64,000 bases of DNA from Octopus vulgaris (GCA_951406725.2 OX597816.1:14012001-14076000), one strand, 5' to 3'; positions 37,912 through 50,681 are shown, counted from the stretch's first letter. Notes: a model not told the origin generated them from the sequence alone. Program-made: numbers and translations.

Positions 37912-38419
37912 TCCATATTCCATAAGACACACATGCATACACACGCACATTATCATGATTTAACATCCGTTTTCCATGCTGGCAAAGGTTGGATAGCTTG
38001 ATAGAAACTAGCAAGGGCAGGGCCCACACCAGGTTCCAGCATCCATGCACATTCATGTTCTGTAATACACACACACACACAGTTGCATCCATGAATATTC
38101 ATATTCAACAACACACACACATACATACGCAAATCCTGTCTGCTTCCAGAATAAAACATGTTATTTCAGCAGAAGTATCAAACAATGTTTGGATGTTCTC
38201 CAAACATTCAACAACTGCCTACTAAACACTAAACACTCTTTTCCTTGTTAGCAACCATAAAACATTTACTCTTTTTTTTTTTTGGCTAATCTAATCTTGC
38301 TTCTGTTATTTCCTCTCAAAGGTTCCGTTTGTGACATGATTATAGACTCTGAGAAATAAGACAAGCTGCTACAGGAATGATAAAATGTATTTAGCCTGAG
38401 CCAGTGTCATGCCAATATC

Positions 38420-38830
38420 ACCATCATCATCAGCATCATCATCCTTATCATTTAACATCTATTTTCCATGCTAGCACCAGGCTCCATTGTCTGATTTAGT
38501 ATGATTTCTATGGCTTGATGCCCTTCCTAATACCAACCACATTCCAGAGTGTACCGGGTGATTTTTTTTTTTTATGTGGCACCTTCACCAGTCTTTTTTA
38601 CGTGTCAGTAGCCCCGGTGCTTTTTATATGGTACCAACACCCGTGCTTTTTATTTGGCACCTGCACTTGGCACCAGCACCTGTGCTTTTTATTTGGCACC
38701 TGCACTTGGCACCTTCACCAGTCTTTTTTTACATGACAGTAGCACTAGTACTTTTTATATGGTACCAGCACCTGTGCTTTTTATGTGACACCTGCACTTG
38801 GCACCAGCTATTTATATGGCACCAGTAAGA
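38420..38830 (-). mobile_element. RTE 3' UTR, diverged, with expanded short repeats
   Basis: (cat)n, gatgcccttcctaatacc, repeated tggcaccagcacctgtgcttttta. Confidence 0.7.
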
Positions 38831-38946
38831 CACTTTATTTCGTGTTACTCCAATTTGCTCAGCTGGCAAAAATGAGTTGTATGTGTGTTTCAAAAGGGTC
38901 AGTTTTGTCATTTACTGTGTCACACTGAATCTTCCTAAGAATTACA

Positions 38947-39422
38947 TTAACCCTTTCATTACTGTATTTATTTTGAGAAGGTCTGTGTTTCTTTCAATTA
39001 CTTTAAATATAACAAAGAAATTAGTAAAATAACTTAGTTATTATTCAGCAAGTGTTAGGAACATAAATTGTGACTAAGGTTTGGTGGAAGATTTTAATTT
39101 AGAAATTTTGAAAACAAAACATTTTTATTACAGAGCCAGAGGCAGTTTCAGCTGGGCTGGTGACAAAAGGGTTAAAAATATCATGGTGGCTATAACCCTT
39201 TCATTACCATATTTCTGTTGAGATGCTCTGTGTTTCTATCAATTATTTTTTGAATATAACAAAGAATTTAGTAAAATAACTTGGTTATCCTTCAGCTAGT
39301 GTTAGGAACATAAATTGTGACTAAGGTTTGGTGGAAGATTTCAATTCAGAACTTATGGAAACAAGACATTTGTACTACAGAGCCAGAGCCGGTTTCAGCC
39401 GGGTTAGTAACGAAAGGATTAA
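38947..39422 (+). mobile_element. piggyBac-like MITE dimer inserted in a T3-tail SINE
   Basis: TTAA at 38947 and 39419; the host continues aagaattaca|ttaa|gggttcatatgtctgtgg. Confidence 0.85.
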
Positions 39423-39664
39423 GGGTTCATATGTCTGTGGAATGCTCAGCCACTTGTACGTTAGTTTCATGAGCAGGATGTTCTGATGATTCGATCAACT
39501 GGAACACTTGTTGTTGTAACTGATGGAAAGTCGTACCGTTTGCCGATTCCAACCACAAATATTTAGTCAGCCTGGAGCTGTTGAAGAAGACACTTGTCAC
39601 AGTGTGGGACTGAACCCAAGCTCACAGGGTTGGAAATCAAGCTTCTCAACCACATAGGCACGCC

Positions 39665-40195
39665 TGCACATGCATACATACATACACGCACACATTCTGT
39701 TATGCACACATACTCACTTTCACTTTCCATACTCACTTTCACATACATATGTACATACATTCGCATACACACGCTCATACACACACATATATGGGAACAC
39801 ATTCTAAGACACACACATGCACACACATTTGCACTCGTTCTGTTATGCACACACACACTTTCACATACATATGCACATAAACACATACACATAGATTCTC
39901 GTACACACATACATATATGCATACACATTCTAAAACACACACACACACACATTCTGTTATGCATACTCTCACTTTCACATACATATGTACATACACATAC
40001 ACACACTCTCATACACACATATATGTATATGCATACACATGCACACACATTTGCACTCATTCTGTTATGCACTCACTTTCATATACATATACACATACAA
40101 CACATATATGCATACACACCCTCTCTTATTGGAATGCACACACAAACTCACACACATTTACACTCATTCTGTTATGCACACACTTTGACATACAT
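39665..40195. repeat. CA-rich degenerate minisatellite
   Basis: Recurring (c/g)ttctgttatgca anchor (5 times) amid CA/TA runs. Confidence 0.8.
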
Positions 40196-40615
40196 ACTCT
40201 TACTCTTTTACTCTTTTACTTGTTTCAGTCATTTGACTGTAGCCATGCTGGAGCACCGCCTTTTAGTCGAGCAACTCGACCCCGGGACTTATTCTTTGTA
40301 AGCCCAGTACTTATTCTATCGGTCTCTTTTGCCGAACCGCTAAGTGACGGGGACGTAAACACACCAGCATCGGTTGTCAAGCAATGCTAGGGGAACAAAC
40401 ACAGACACACAAACACACACACACATACATATACATATATATACACATATACGACAGGCTTCTTTCAGTTTCCGTCTACCAAATCCACTCACAAGGCATT
40501 GGTCGGCCCGGGGCTATAGCAGAAGACACTTGCCCAAGGTGCCACGCAGTGGGACTGAACCCGGAACCATGTGGTTGGTTAGCAAGCTACTTACCACACA
40601 GCCACTCCTGCGCCT
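40195..40615 (-). mobile_element. SINE-A full length, young
   Basis: Near consensus. Confidence 0.9.
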
Positions 40616-40981
40616 ATACATATGCATATGCATATACATGCACAAACACACACACACATACATATATGCATTCACACCCTCTCTCATTGGCATGCACACA
40701 CAAATACACATACACACACATATGCATACACACCCTCTCTCATCAGCACACACGCACAAACACATACACACACACTCACACACACATGTTTGTGTGCTTA
40801 AATAGCAAAACAGACCCTTTTATTCCTCTTTTTTCCCTAAAATTGAATATTCTGTTCCTCAGACAATTAACAAATAGTCTAAGCACTTTACATTCTCACT
40901 TTCCTTCTCTAAGATGGAACGGCAGCGAGGGGGGGTGCAGTTAAAGAAGGAATTATTTCTCCAAACTGCACACAGAATAAT

Positions 40982-41017
<36 letters not shown>

Positions 41018-41474
41018 AACCACCCTTGTTTCCTGTTTCTCTCCCTCTCTTTCTACCATTCCCTTCCCCTCCTGCCATGACTATCACCATCAGCCAGCCA
41101 CTTAAAGAAAAAAAAATGTCTTGATTGTTGTCTAAATGAAAGGCTACTTACGACCATTTGCAAGAACAAAAATTAACCAATGCCTGATCTAATTCGCTTT
41201 GTCGTTATAATGAGCCAATGAGAACATTCATTAAAAGTATGTGTCTGATGAATGAAGCAGACGAGTGTCGGAAATGCTGTCTTTGAACAAAGTCACTCAA
41301 ATTTAGTCCAACAACATTGTTTTGTTGGGGTTTTTATTTTTGGTGGGGTGGGGGATTTTTTTCCTCTTCACAGAATTCTTTTTGACTGTGACTTTAACCA
41401 CTTATATATGACATCGTCATCATCATGACTGTCATCATCGGATCTATTATTACCATCAGCATCATTATCATTAC

Positions 41475-42010
41475 TGACTGGCACCCATGCCAACCTTCCT
41501 TCATTGGACACTAAACTCTGCTTGTGAAGACCTGTTGGGGTAAGTGAAATCGAAATTGAACCAAATTCGATGACTGGCACCCGTGCCAGTGGAGCGCTGA
41601 CAGCTCCATCCGAGTGGGATCACTGCCAGAACAGCTGTCTGGCTTCTGTGTCGGGACATGTAAAAAGCACCATTTGAGTGTGATCTTTACCAGCATCGCC
41701 TTACTGGCACGTGAACAAAACATTTGAGCAAGGTCGTTGCCAGTGCCACTGGACTGAGTCCTGTCCAGGTGGCACATAAAAAACACCATTTGAGTGTGGC
41801 TGTTACCAGTATCGCCTGACTGGCCCTCGTGCCGGTGTCATGTAAAAGCAGCCACTACACTCTTGAAGTGGTTGGGCTTAGGAAGGGCATCCAGCTGTAG
41901 AAACTCTTGCCAGATCAAGATTGGAGCCTGGTGCAGTCATATGGTTCGCCAGTCCTCAGTCAAATTGTCCAACCCATGCTAGCATGAAAAGCAGATGTTA
42001 AACGATAATC
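41475..42010 (+). mobile_element. Long RTE 3' UTR copy
   Basis: Internal repeats, ggaagggcatccagctgtagaaac, gttaaacgat tail. Confidence 0.85.
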
Positions 42011-42402
42011 ATCATCATCATCACCATTGTTACTACTATCATCATCACCATCACCATCCTTACCACCACCACCACCATCATCACCATTGCCATTATCACT
42101 ACCACCACCATCACCATCATCATTATCATCATTATCAAGTGGTTGGCATTTGAAAGGGCATCCAACTGTGGAAACCTTGCAAAAACTGACCTTGCATGTG
42201 CTTATGCCATGTAAAAAGCACTAAGTCCATTCTGCTGAGGGGTTGGCATTAAGAAGGGCATCCAGCTGTAAAAATCCTGCCAAAGCAGCACATAGAAGTC
42301 TGGTGCAAACTTCTGCCTGGCCAGCTCCTGTCAAACCGTCCCACCCATGCCAGCATGGAAGGCGGACTTTAAACGACAACAGTGATGAAGATGTGTGTGT
42401 GT

Positions 42403-42655
42403 GAAGGTATGTGGCCTTGTGGTTAGGATGTTTGTACATGTGATTGCTTGACCATGGGTTCAATTCACAGACCAAGCAGCATGTTGTGTTCTTGAACAAA
42501 ACATTCCAGTTCATGTAGCTCCAGTCACACTGCCATAGAATAAGAAGGAATGTTGGCCTTCTCCCCTAGCCAGCAAAGTGGCATCATCCAAAAGCTGTAT
42601 CAATGCAAAGTACATTATGACCAGTGATGAATAACAGCATTTGATAGTCTGGTAA
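42403..42655 (+). mobile_element. SINE head E + tail T4 (diverged)
   Basis: tggccttgtggttagg; gtgttcttgaacaaaaca; cattatgaccagtgatg...atttgatagtctgg. Confidence 0.6.
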
Positions 42656-42962
42656 GTAGCTTGCTTACCAACGACATGGTTCCGGGTTCAGTCCTACTGT
42701 GTGGCACCTTGGGAATGGATTTGGTAGACAGAAAGTGAAAGAAGCCCGTTGCATGTATATGTGTGTGTGTGTTTGTCCCCTCAACATTGCTTGACAACAG
42801 ATGCTGGTGTATTTACGTCCCCATAACTTAGCGGTTCGGCAAAAAAGAGACCGATAAAATAAGTACTAGGCTTACAAAGAATAAGTCCTGAGGTCGATTT
42901 GCTCGACTAAACGCAGTGCTCCAGCATAGCTGCAGTCAAATGACTGAAACAAGTAAAAGAGT
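42650..42962 (+). mobile_element. SINE-A with internal deletion
   Basis: ggcaccttggg joins directly to atggatttggtagac. Confidence 0.85.
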
Positions 42963-42967
42963 ATATA

Positions 42968-43293
42968 AGGGTAAAGATCCCCTTCGGTCATGAATGACCA
43001 TGGGATTGCACCTAGAAAGTTACCTTCCTAGACACAAGTCCGGGCAAGGTTGTTTATGGAAGACCAGCAGTCGCCCATGCATACCGGCCTCCCTCTCCAC
43101 GCCACCAGTGTTATCCATGGGAAAGACAAAGGTCGATACAGCTTGGCACCAGTGACGTCGCAACTCATTTCTACAGCTGAGTGAACTGGAGCAACGTGAA
43201 ATAAAGTGTCTTGCTTAAGAACACAACACGCAGCCCGGTCCGGGATTCGAACTCACAACCCGACGCTCTAACCACTGAGCCATGCGCCTTCAC
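42968..43293 (-). mobile_element. SINE head E + tail T2, young, with TSD
   Basis: aaaagagtatata on both sides; inserted at the tail of SINE-A. Confidence 0.9.
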
Positions 43294-44034
43294 AAAAAAG
43301 AGTATATATATATATATGATTATAATGATAAGCAATTTTTGAGATCATTTTGAAAGATAATACATTCATGAAACAATCGTAAGATATCTGAAATCTTTTT
43401 AAATAATCATAGTTATACTTTATTTATTCATTTATACAATACATTTTGTATTACAGATGTGTCACTATTTTGAGATTTATAATGTAATTTTTCCTGCTTT
43501 TACTTTCTAATATATATATGTATGCATCTATGTCACTATATTTTGTGGTGCGCAAATAAGTTCTCACTTAGACAGACTAATGACCAATGTAACTATTAGT
43601 ATTGCCTCAATAGCAAATGTAACACTCTCTACTCATGTCATTCCTTCATAAATGTCACAAGCCAATCAATGGTGAAATATGAGGAATAGCTCCATAATGA
43701 AATTATCCTGTGTTCATTTACATCTACGACATGGCCTCACACTTTGTTCTTTTTCTCTTTGTGTTGTATCTTTTATGTGTAATCTATAGCTGTTAATTAC
43801 TACCTAATAGCATTCATCAACTCTCTCAGGCAAGACAAATAAATGTGGAGCTGCACTCTATATACTTCTTGTGCTTCGTTACATAATAATTACATCAGAA
43901 AAAAATTGTTGATCCAATATTAAACAATAAGTTAACAAATGAAAATGGAAGAGTTTTATTTTATCTCTCTATGCCTAGTCAGTATTTTAGTCTTATTCTG
44001 CCACACCATTATTCGAGCAGTCGTTATCCACCCT

Positions 44035-44802
44035 AAGGTGGGGAGCTGGCAGAAATGTTAGCATGCCGGGTGAAATGCTTAGCGGTATTTCATCTGCTGT
44101 TACGTTCTGAGTTCAAATTCCACCGAGATTGACTTTGCCTTTCATCCTTTCGGTGTCGATAAATTAAGTACCAGTTACGCACTGAGGTTGAGGTAATTGA
44201 CTTAATACCTATGTCTGTCCTTGTTTGTCCGCTCTATGTTTAGCCCCTTGTGGGTAGTAAAGAAATAGGTTTTTCATCTGCCATTACGTTCTGAGTTCAA
44301 ATTCTGCCGAGGTCGACTTTGCCTTTCATCCTTTCAGGGTCAGTTAAATAAGTACCAGTTACACACTGAGATTGATATAATCGACTTAATCCATTTGTCT
44401 GTCCTTGTTTGTCCTCTCTGTGTTTAGTCCCTTGTGGGTAGTAAAGAAATAGGTATTTCGTCTGCTGCTATGTTCTGAGTTCAAATTCTGCTGAGGTCGA
44501 CTTTGCCTTTCATTCTTTCAGGGTCACTTAAATAAGTACCAGTTACGCACTGGGGTCAATGTAATCGACTTAATCCGTTTGTCTGTCCTTGTCTGTCCCC
44601 TCTATGTTTAGCTTCTTGTGTGTAGTAAAGAAATAGGTATTTCGTCTGTCTTTACATTCTGAGTTCAAATTCCACCAAGGTCAACTTTGCCTTTCATCCT
44701 TTCAGGGTCGATAAATTAAGTACCAGTTGCATACTGGGGTTGATCTAATTGACTGGCCCCCTCCCCAAAACTTTCGCACCTTGTACCTAGAGTAGAAAAG
44801 AC
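44035..44802 (+). mobile_element. SINE-B tetramer with 14-bp TSD
   Basis: Four core units of ~184 bp; tcgttatccaccct at 44021-44034 and 44803-44816. Confidence 0.92.
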
Positions 44803-45475
44803 TCGTTATCCACCCTGGTTACTCCCACTCATTCTTCTATAATGTGACTAGCAACTGAGTTCCTCTCCAGCAAAAAAAAAAAGAAACCCTGTTCTGTTCT
44901 GATTCCTTTTTTCATGCTTCGATCTATCATTTACCATAGAACCAGCTCCCTCTCGACAGTAATCTCACCAAGTCAAAGGAAATCATAGTTTTATGAGGTG
45001 CATGGTAGCCTCAAATTATCCCCAAACTTATACAGCTTGTTTGTTGCTCATTCACCTGTCTCTGTCTTTTGGTTTTCTTCACTTTGGACCTCATATACGT
45101 ATGTATGTATTTGTGAAAGGGGACGACAAACACCAAGGCATCACAAGCATCTCAAGTCATATACATTATTTTATATTATTCTTAAATTAGAAAATTAGAA
45201 TAATAGAAAATAATGGATATGACTTGAGATGCTTGTTATGCCTCAGCGTTTGTTGTCCTCTTTCACTTCTAAATCAGAAACCTAAAATAGATCCATAGCT
45301 CCCGTCTCAATTACGAGTTGGGAATCCTGATAATCTGTTACAGCACTTACCTGGTTTACCTATTAAATAAATAGGTACCAATGAACTAAACCCCCATATT
45401 CTATATATATGTATGTGTGTGTGTGTGTGTGTATGTATATATATATGTGTGTGTGTGTATATTTATATATATATA

Positions 45476-45940
45476 AGCGTAGGAGTGGCTGTGTGGTAAG
45501 TAGCTTGCTTACGAACCACATGGTTCCGGGTTCAGTCCCACTGCGTGGCACTTTGGGCAAGTGTCTTCTACTATAGCCTCTGGCCAACCAAAACCTTGTT
45601 TTGTATTTATTTATTTTGTGTGAGTGCATATTTCCTCGTCTACATGCATTTCACTCACTGATTGTAAATACTGGCCTTACCATCAGTGTTTTTGATTGCC
45701 GTCCACCACAAAACCATGTCCAGCCTCCGTGAGATATCTTGACATGTCATGTGATCTTCATAAACAAAAGATTTGTTGATATGGTGTCATTTGTCCCCAT
45801 AATCATGTTCAGTCTGTCTGTTGTACAATAGACTGGGAGGTTATTACCTCCCTTGGAAACGAGTTAAGGTTGGCAACATGATAGGCATCCAGCTGTAGAA
45901 AAATTCTGCCCCAACATACTTTCGTCTGATTCATGCAAGT
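45476..45940 (+). mobile_element. SINE-A head with RTE-type tail (resumes at 46759-46800)
   Basis: Tail ggcatccagctgtagaaaa...catgcaagt|atggagaagt...gatggtgaagatgacg is split by the CR1 insertion. Confidence 0.7.
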
Positions 45941-46758
45941 ATAATATAATATAATGAAATTATTGTATGCAGTGCTCAGGTGCACCACAACTTGTCAAAT
46001 GTACGTATAAAGCATATACAGTAATGTACAAATGTCTGGAAAGGGAACAGTGTATGAGTCAGATACATGCTTGCTTGTGTATGGAGGGGAGAAAATCAGG
46101 TGTAGTGTTGGAGAATCTCAGGAAGCATGGAAGTTTTGAAGGATGCAGTGCTCCGACAACTAACAACTGATGCCGGCAGTTTGTTCCATGCTTCAGCAAC
46201 GCTTATCGTGAAAAAATGTTTCCAAAAGTTATGGGAGCTGTGCTGTTTTCTGACTTTGTAAACCTGTCCATGGGTGTTAGACAGACGGAGTTTGAAAAGC
46301 TGGTCAGAGTTATTGTTAGTAAGATGGTTAATAATTTTATGGGTGTCTGCCAAGTCAGCTGCCAGACGTCGGAGTTTCAATGTGTTCATGCTCAGGGAAG
46401 TAAGGCGTTCAGAATATGGCAATTGCCTGATGGAGGGTATTCTCTTGGTTGCACGTCGCTGAATGGTTTCCAGATGATTAATATCCTGGGAAAGATAGGG
46501 GTTTCAGACCGGTGATGCAAATTCCAGGTGAGGTCTTACCATGGCTATATAAAGCCTCAGATGGATAGCTGAAGAATGGGTCACAAAGGACTTGGTAAGT
46601 GATGCCAAGACACCCTCAGCCTTCTTGGCAATTTTAGCTATGTGTTTTGTCCAACGCAAATCGCTGTCAACAATAATGCCCAGGTCACATTCACAAGAAG
46701 ACTTTTTGAGATTAGTGTTGTGGAGGGAGTAAGTAGACACTGGGTTTTTCCTCCCCAA
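45941..46758 (-). mobile_element. 5'-truncated CR1-clade LINE (RT C-terminal region and 3' UTR)
   Basis: One frame 46758-46096: DLGIIVDSDLRW...LYIAMVRPHLEFASPV*NPYLSQDINHLETIQRRATK...YSERL...LRRL...FF...WNKLP, with a single stop where W is expected. Confidence 0.93.
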
Positions 46759-47199
46759 ATGGAGAAGTACATATTAAAAACGATGGTGAAGATGACGACA
46801 GCAGTGATACTCCTTCAGTTGTTTTGTCTATGTTTTTAGTATTATTTCATCAATAAAATTTTAATACAAAATTTTAATACAAAATTAAATAAATCAAACA
46901 TATTCTGACTAATGTTTAAGCTGTTTCTTTTATGCATTGTAAGTAACACAGATAAATATTTTAAAGTACATGTTACATATCAATATTGATCTCTCAAACC
47001 ATTCATGGAAGAAAACTTTCATTCTATTTCATTCCATTTCAAGCATCATCATGGTAGCAATCTATATTAATTAATTAAACATTATTTCTAATTAATAGAT
47101 TCATTAAAAGTTCTTTTTTTAAATTAATCTCTGCTTTAACTCTCAGTCATATCAATCATTGTGTTTTTTATCACATGAGTCTAATTGTATGCATTGATT

Positions 47200-47548
47200 C
47201 ATCATCATCATCATCGTTTAACGTCTGCTTTCCATGCTAGCATAGGTTGGATGATTTGACTGAGGACTGGCGAACCAGATGGCTGCACCAGGCTCCAATC
47301 TGATCTGTCAGTGTTTCTACAGCTGGATGCCCTTCTAAACGCCAACCACTCCAAGAGTGTAGTGGGTGCTTTTTACGTGCTGGCGATACTGGCAATGACC
47401 ACACTTGAAATGGTGTTTTTTACGTGCCACCTGCACAGGAGTCAGTCCAGCGGCACTGGTAATGACCTTGCTCGACTGTTCTTTTCATGCTCCACTGGCA
47501 CAAGTGCCAGTAAGGTGACGCTGGTAACGATCACTCTCAAATGGTGCC
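47200..47548 (-). mobile_element. RTE 3' UTR fragment
   Basis: Consensus-like. Confidence 0.85.
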
Positions 47549-47689
47549 AATACCTTTAAATCTATTTTAATATTTTTTATGGTTTTGACTGAGGAAAGAA
47601 GATTGCCCTTGACATTCACAGTTAACCCTTTTCCATTCCAGATCTGTGACATTAACATAGTTGATGTTGTCCCCAACCTTTTTCACATT

Positions 47690-47850
47690 GACCCCAGCCA
47701 TATCCAGCCCAAATATCCTGTTTTTTATCCAAACTGGCCAGATCTGGCCTCTCACACCAACCCTGCAATGTCATTCTAAAGATAAACAATCACATCATCG
47801 AAATCTCAAAGTTGTGATTTAATTCATGATGAATTCAAAATGATGTGAAT
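47690..47850 (-). mobile_element. TTAA-type MITE family 2 fragment
   Basis: Reverse complement of 1580-1750. Confidence 0.65.
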
Positions 47851-47854
47851 AGAT

Positions 47855-48645
47855 CCTGGCACAGCTGTGTTGTAAAAAGTTTGCTTCTCAACCACATGGT
47901 TCCGGGTTCAGTTCTACTCTTCGGCACCTTGGCAAAGTGTCTTCTTTTATAGCCTTAGGCAGACCAAAGCCTTGTGAGTGGATTTGGTAGACAGAAACTG
48001 AATGAATAAGGTAGTGAGCTGGCAGAATCCTTAGCATGCCAGACGAAATGCTTAGCAGTATTTTGTCTGTCTTTACGTTCTGAGTTCAAATTCCGCTGAG
48101 GTCGACTTTGCTTTTCATCCTTTCGGGGTCGATAAATTAAGTACCAGTTGCACACTGGGGTTGATGTAATCGACTTAATCCCTTTGTCTGTCCTTGTTTG
48201 TGCCCCCTATGTTTAGCCCCTTGGGGGCAATAAAGAAATAAGAAACATTAGCACGCCGGGCGAAATGCTTAGCGGTATTCTGTCTGTCTTTATGTTCTAA
48301 GTTCAAATTCCGCCGAGGTCAACTTTGCTTTTCATCCTTTTGGAGTCGATAAATTAAGTATCAGTTGCACACTGGGGTCGATGTAATTGACTTAATCCCT
48401 TTGTCTGTCCTTGTTTGTCCCCTCTATGTTTAGCCCCTTTTAGGCAATAAAAAAAATAAGAATCTGAATGAAACTCATTATGCATGTTTCTTTGTGTTTA
48501 CATCCCCATAACTTAGCAGTTCAGCAAATGAGACCAACAGAAAAAAGTACCAGGTTTAAAAATAAAGAAACAAGTACTACTGGGGTCAATTCATTCAGCT
48601 GAAATTTTTCAAGGTAGTGCTCCAGCATGGTCTCAGTTTAATGAC
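47855..48645 (+). mobile_element. SINE-A containing a nested SINE-B dimer (48008-48461)
   Basis: B dimer flanked by ctgaatgaa. Confidence 0.85.
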
Positions 48646-48787
48646 TAAATGAAGATAAAGCAAGATAAGCAAGGTGACAGCTGCAGGAAATAAGAAAACA
48701 AAAAAGAACAAAAAGGAGGAGGGAGGGATTTCGAGAATGTTGACAATGTGGGGAAGTAGGACTGAAGAGGATTCAACAAGCCAACAT

Positions 48788-49172
48788 AGGCACAGGACTG
48801 GTAAGTGTGGTAAGTAGCTTGCTTACCAACCACATGGTTCCGGGTTCAGTCCCACTGCGTGGCACCTTGGACAAGTGTCTTCTACTATAGCCTAGGGCCG
48901 ACCAAAACCTTGGGAGTGGATTTGATAGACGGAAACTGAAAGAAGCCCGTGTGTACATGTGTGTATATGTTTGTATGCCTGTGTTTGTCGCCCCAACATC
49001 ACTTGACAATCGATGCTGGTGTATTTACATCCCCGTAACTTAGCAGTTCGGCAAAAGAGACCGATAGAATAACTACTAGGCTTACAAAGAAAAAGTCCTG
49101 GGGTCGATGTGCTTGAATAAAGGCGGTGCTCCAGGATGGCCACAGTCAAATGACTGAAACAAGTAAAAGAGT
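48788..49172 (+). mobile_element. SINE-A full length
   Basis: Near consensus. Confidence 0.9.
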
Positions 49173-49527
49173 AAGTCTCATACAACCCATGTCAGCATAG
49201 AAAATATAGACGTAAAAATGACAAAGCCCCACCCGCATCCTAAGTTGGGAGGATCTTGTCTTGCAGTTTACTTGTTGACTTCACTTGTGCCAGTTCCTCA
49301 TAAAAATCATGCTGTACTCTCTGTAAAGTGGTTGGTGTTAGGAAAGGCATCCAGCTGTAGAAGCCATGCCAAAACAGGCATTAGAGTTTAGTGGAATCCT
49401 CTGGTTTCCCAGCTCCTGTCAAACTGTCGAATCCAGGCTAGCTTGGAAAACAGATATTAACTTTTTTTTATACCAACCTTCTTGAAACCACCCCCAGGTC
49501 TATGATAGAAACCCCGTTTTGAAGTGG

Positions 49528-50012
49528 TCATCAACATCATCATCGTTTAATGTCCGTTTTCCATGCTGGTATGGGTTGGACGGTTTGACTGGGGTTTGGG
49601 AAGCCAGGAGGCTGCACCAGACCCCAATCTGATCTGGCAGAGTTTTTACAGCTGGATGCCCTTCCTAATGCCAACCACTGCGAGAGTGTATTGGGTGCTT
49701 TTACGTGCCACTGGCACAAGGGCCAGTCAGGCAGTACTGGCAATGGCCATGCTCAAATGGTGTTTTTGATGTGCCACCTGCATAGGAGCCAGTCCAACAG
49801 CACTGGAAACAACCTCACTTGAATGATTTTTCACGTGCCACCAGCACAAGTGCCAGTAAGGCAACAGCACTGGTAACGATCACACTCGAATGGTGCTTTT
49901 TACGTGCCATTGGCATGGAAGCTAATTTGTTGCTCTGGCAACAATCACGCTTGGATGCTGCTCTTAGCACTCCACTAGCACGGATGCCAGTCATCGAATT
50001 TGATTTTGATTT
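49528..50012 (-). mobile_element. RTE 3' UTR fragment
   Basis: Colinear with 5741-6150. Confidence 0.85.
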
Positions 50013-50173
50013 CATGAAAGTGTTAAATGCTGACAATGACAACAATGCCACCACTGCTTCCAATATTTGCAGTGGTGGTTACAACTTTTGCCTTCATTTA
50101 TTTATTTTCATTTATTTTTTTGTTTTGTTCTCCCACCCTATTCTAACATTTTTTTCTCTCTCTTCCTTTGCAG

Positions 50174-50424
50174 ATCATGGAGCCAAATTCATTGAATGAA
50201 AATAAAATATTGCATCCGACAATTGAACCGAACCGGCTATCAGCATCTTTATTTATTTATTATTATTTTTTTTTTTTGTTCCATCTCGTGAAGAACATCA
50301 ACAATATCATGAACTGAGAAGTTTGATTTCTGTTGCTGAAAGATGATGATTTCAAAGTAGATGGTTGTGAGGGAGTCAAGAATTTTTGAAGAATCAACAA
50401 ATATGTTGGATTACTGACTGTCAG
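50174..50424 (+). other. Candidate non-coding (UTR or lncRNA) exon
   Basis: Branch-like ttctaac at 50141-50147, polypyrimidine tract, tttgcag acceptor; donors cag|gttagg (after 50424) or tag|gtatac (after 50429); only short ORFs inside. Confidence 0.45.
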
Positions 50425-50681
50425 GTTAGGTATACGTGTATCTGTACATATATATATATATATGTGTATATATATATATATATATGTTGTAAAGGTTTGG
50501 TTTCTTTGAGTAACTGTGAGAGAAAAAATTGTTTTAAAAATTACAAATGGTTATTGTGTTAATCTCTGAGACAAACTTCAGACATTGTTGCTTTTATGAT
50601 GGTGGGGTGGGGAATTAAATATAGTTATTGTTATTTATTATTCGTATGATTATTATTATTATTATTGTTGTTATTATCATA

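Noticed and set aside
39563-40944. Long His/Thr- or Cys/Val-rich ORFs (up to 235 aa)
   Set aside because: Translations of CA/TA microsatellites and SINE-A
46096-46758. Functional or domesticated RT gene
   Set aside because: 5'-truncated, lacks the catalytic core, has an in-frame stop and is nested in a SINE
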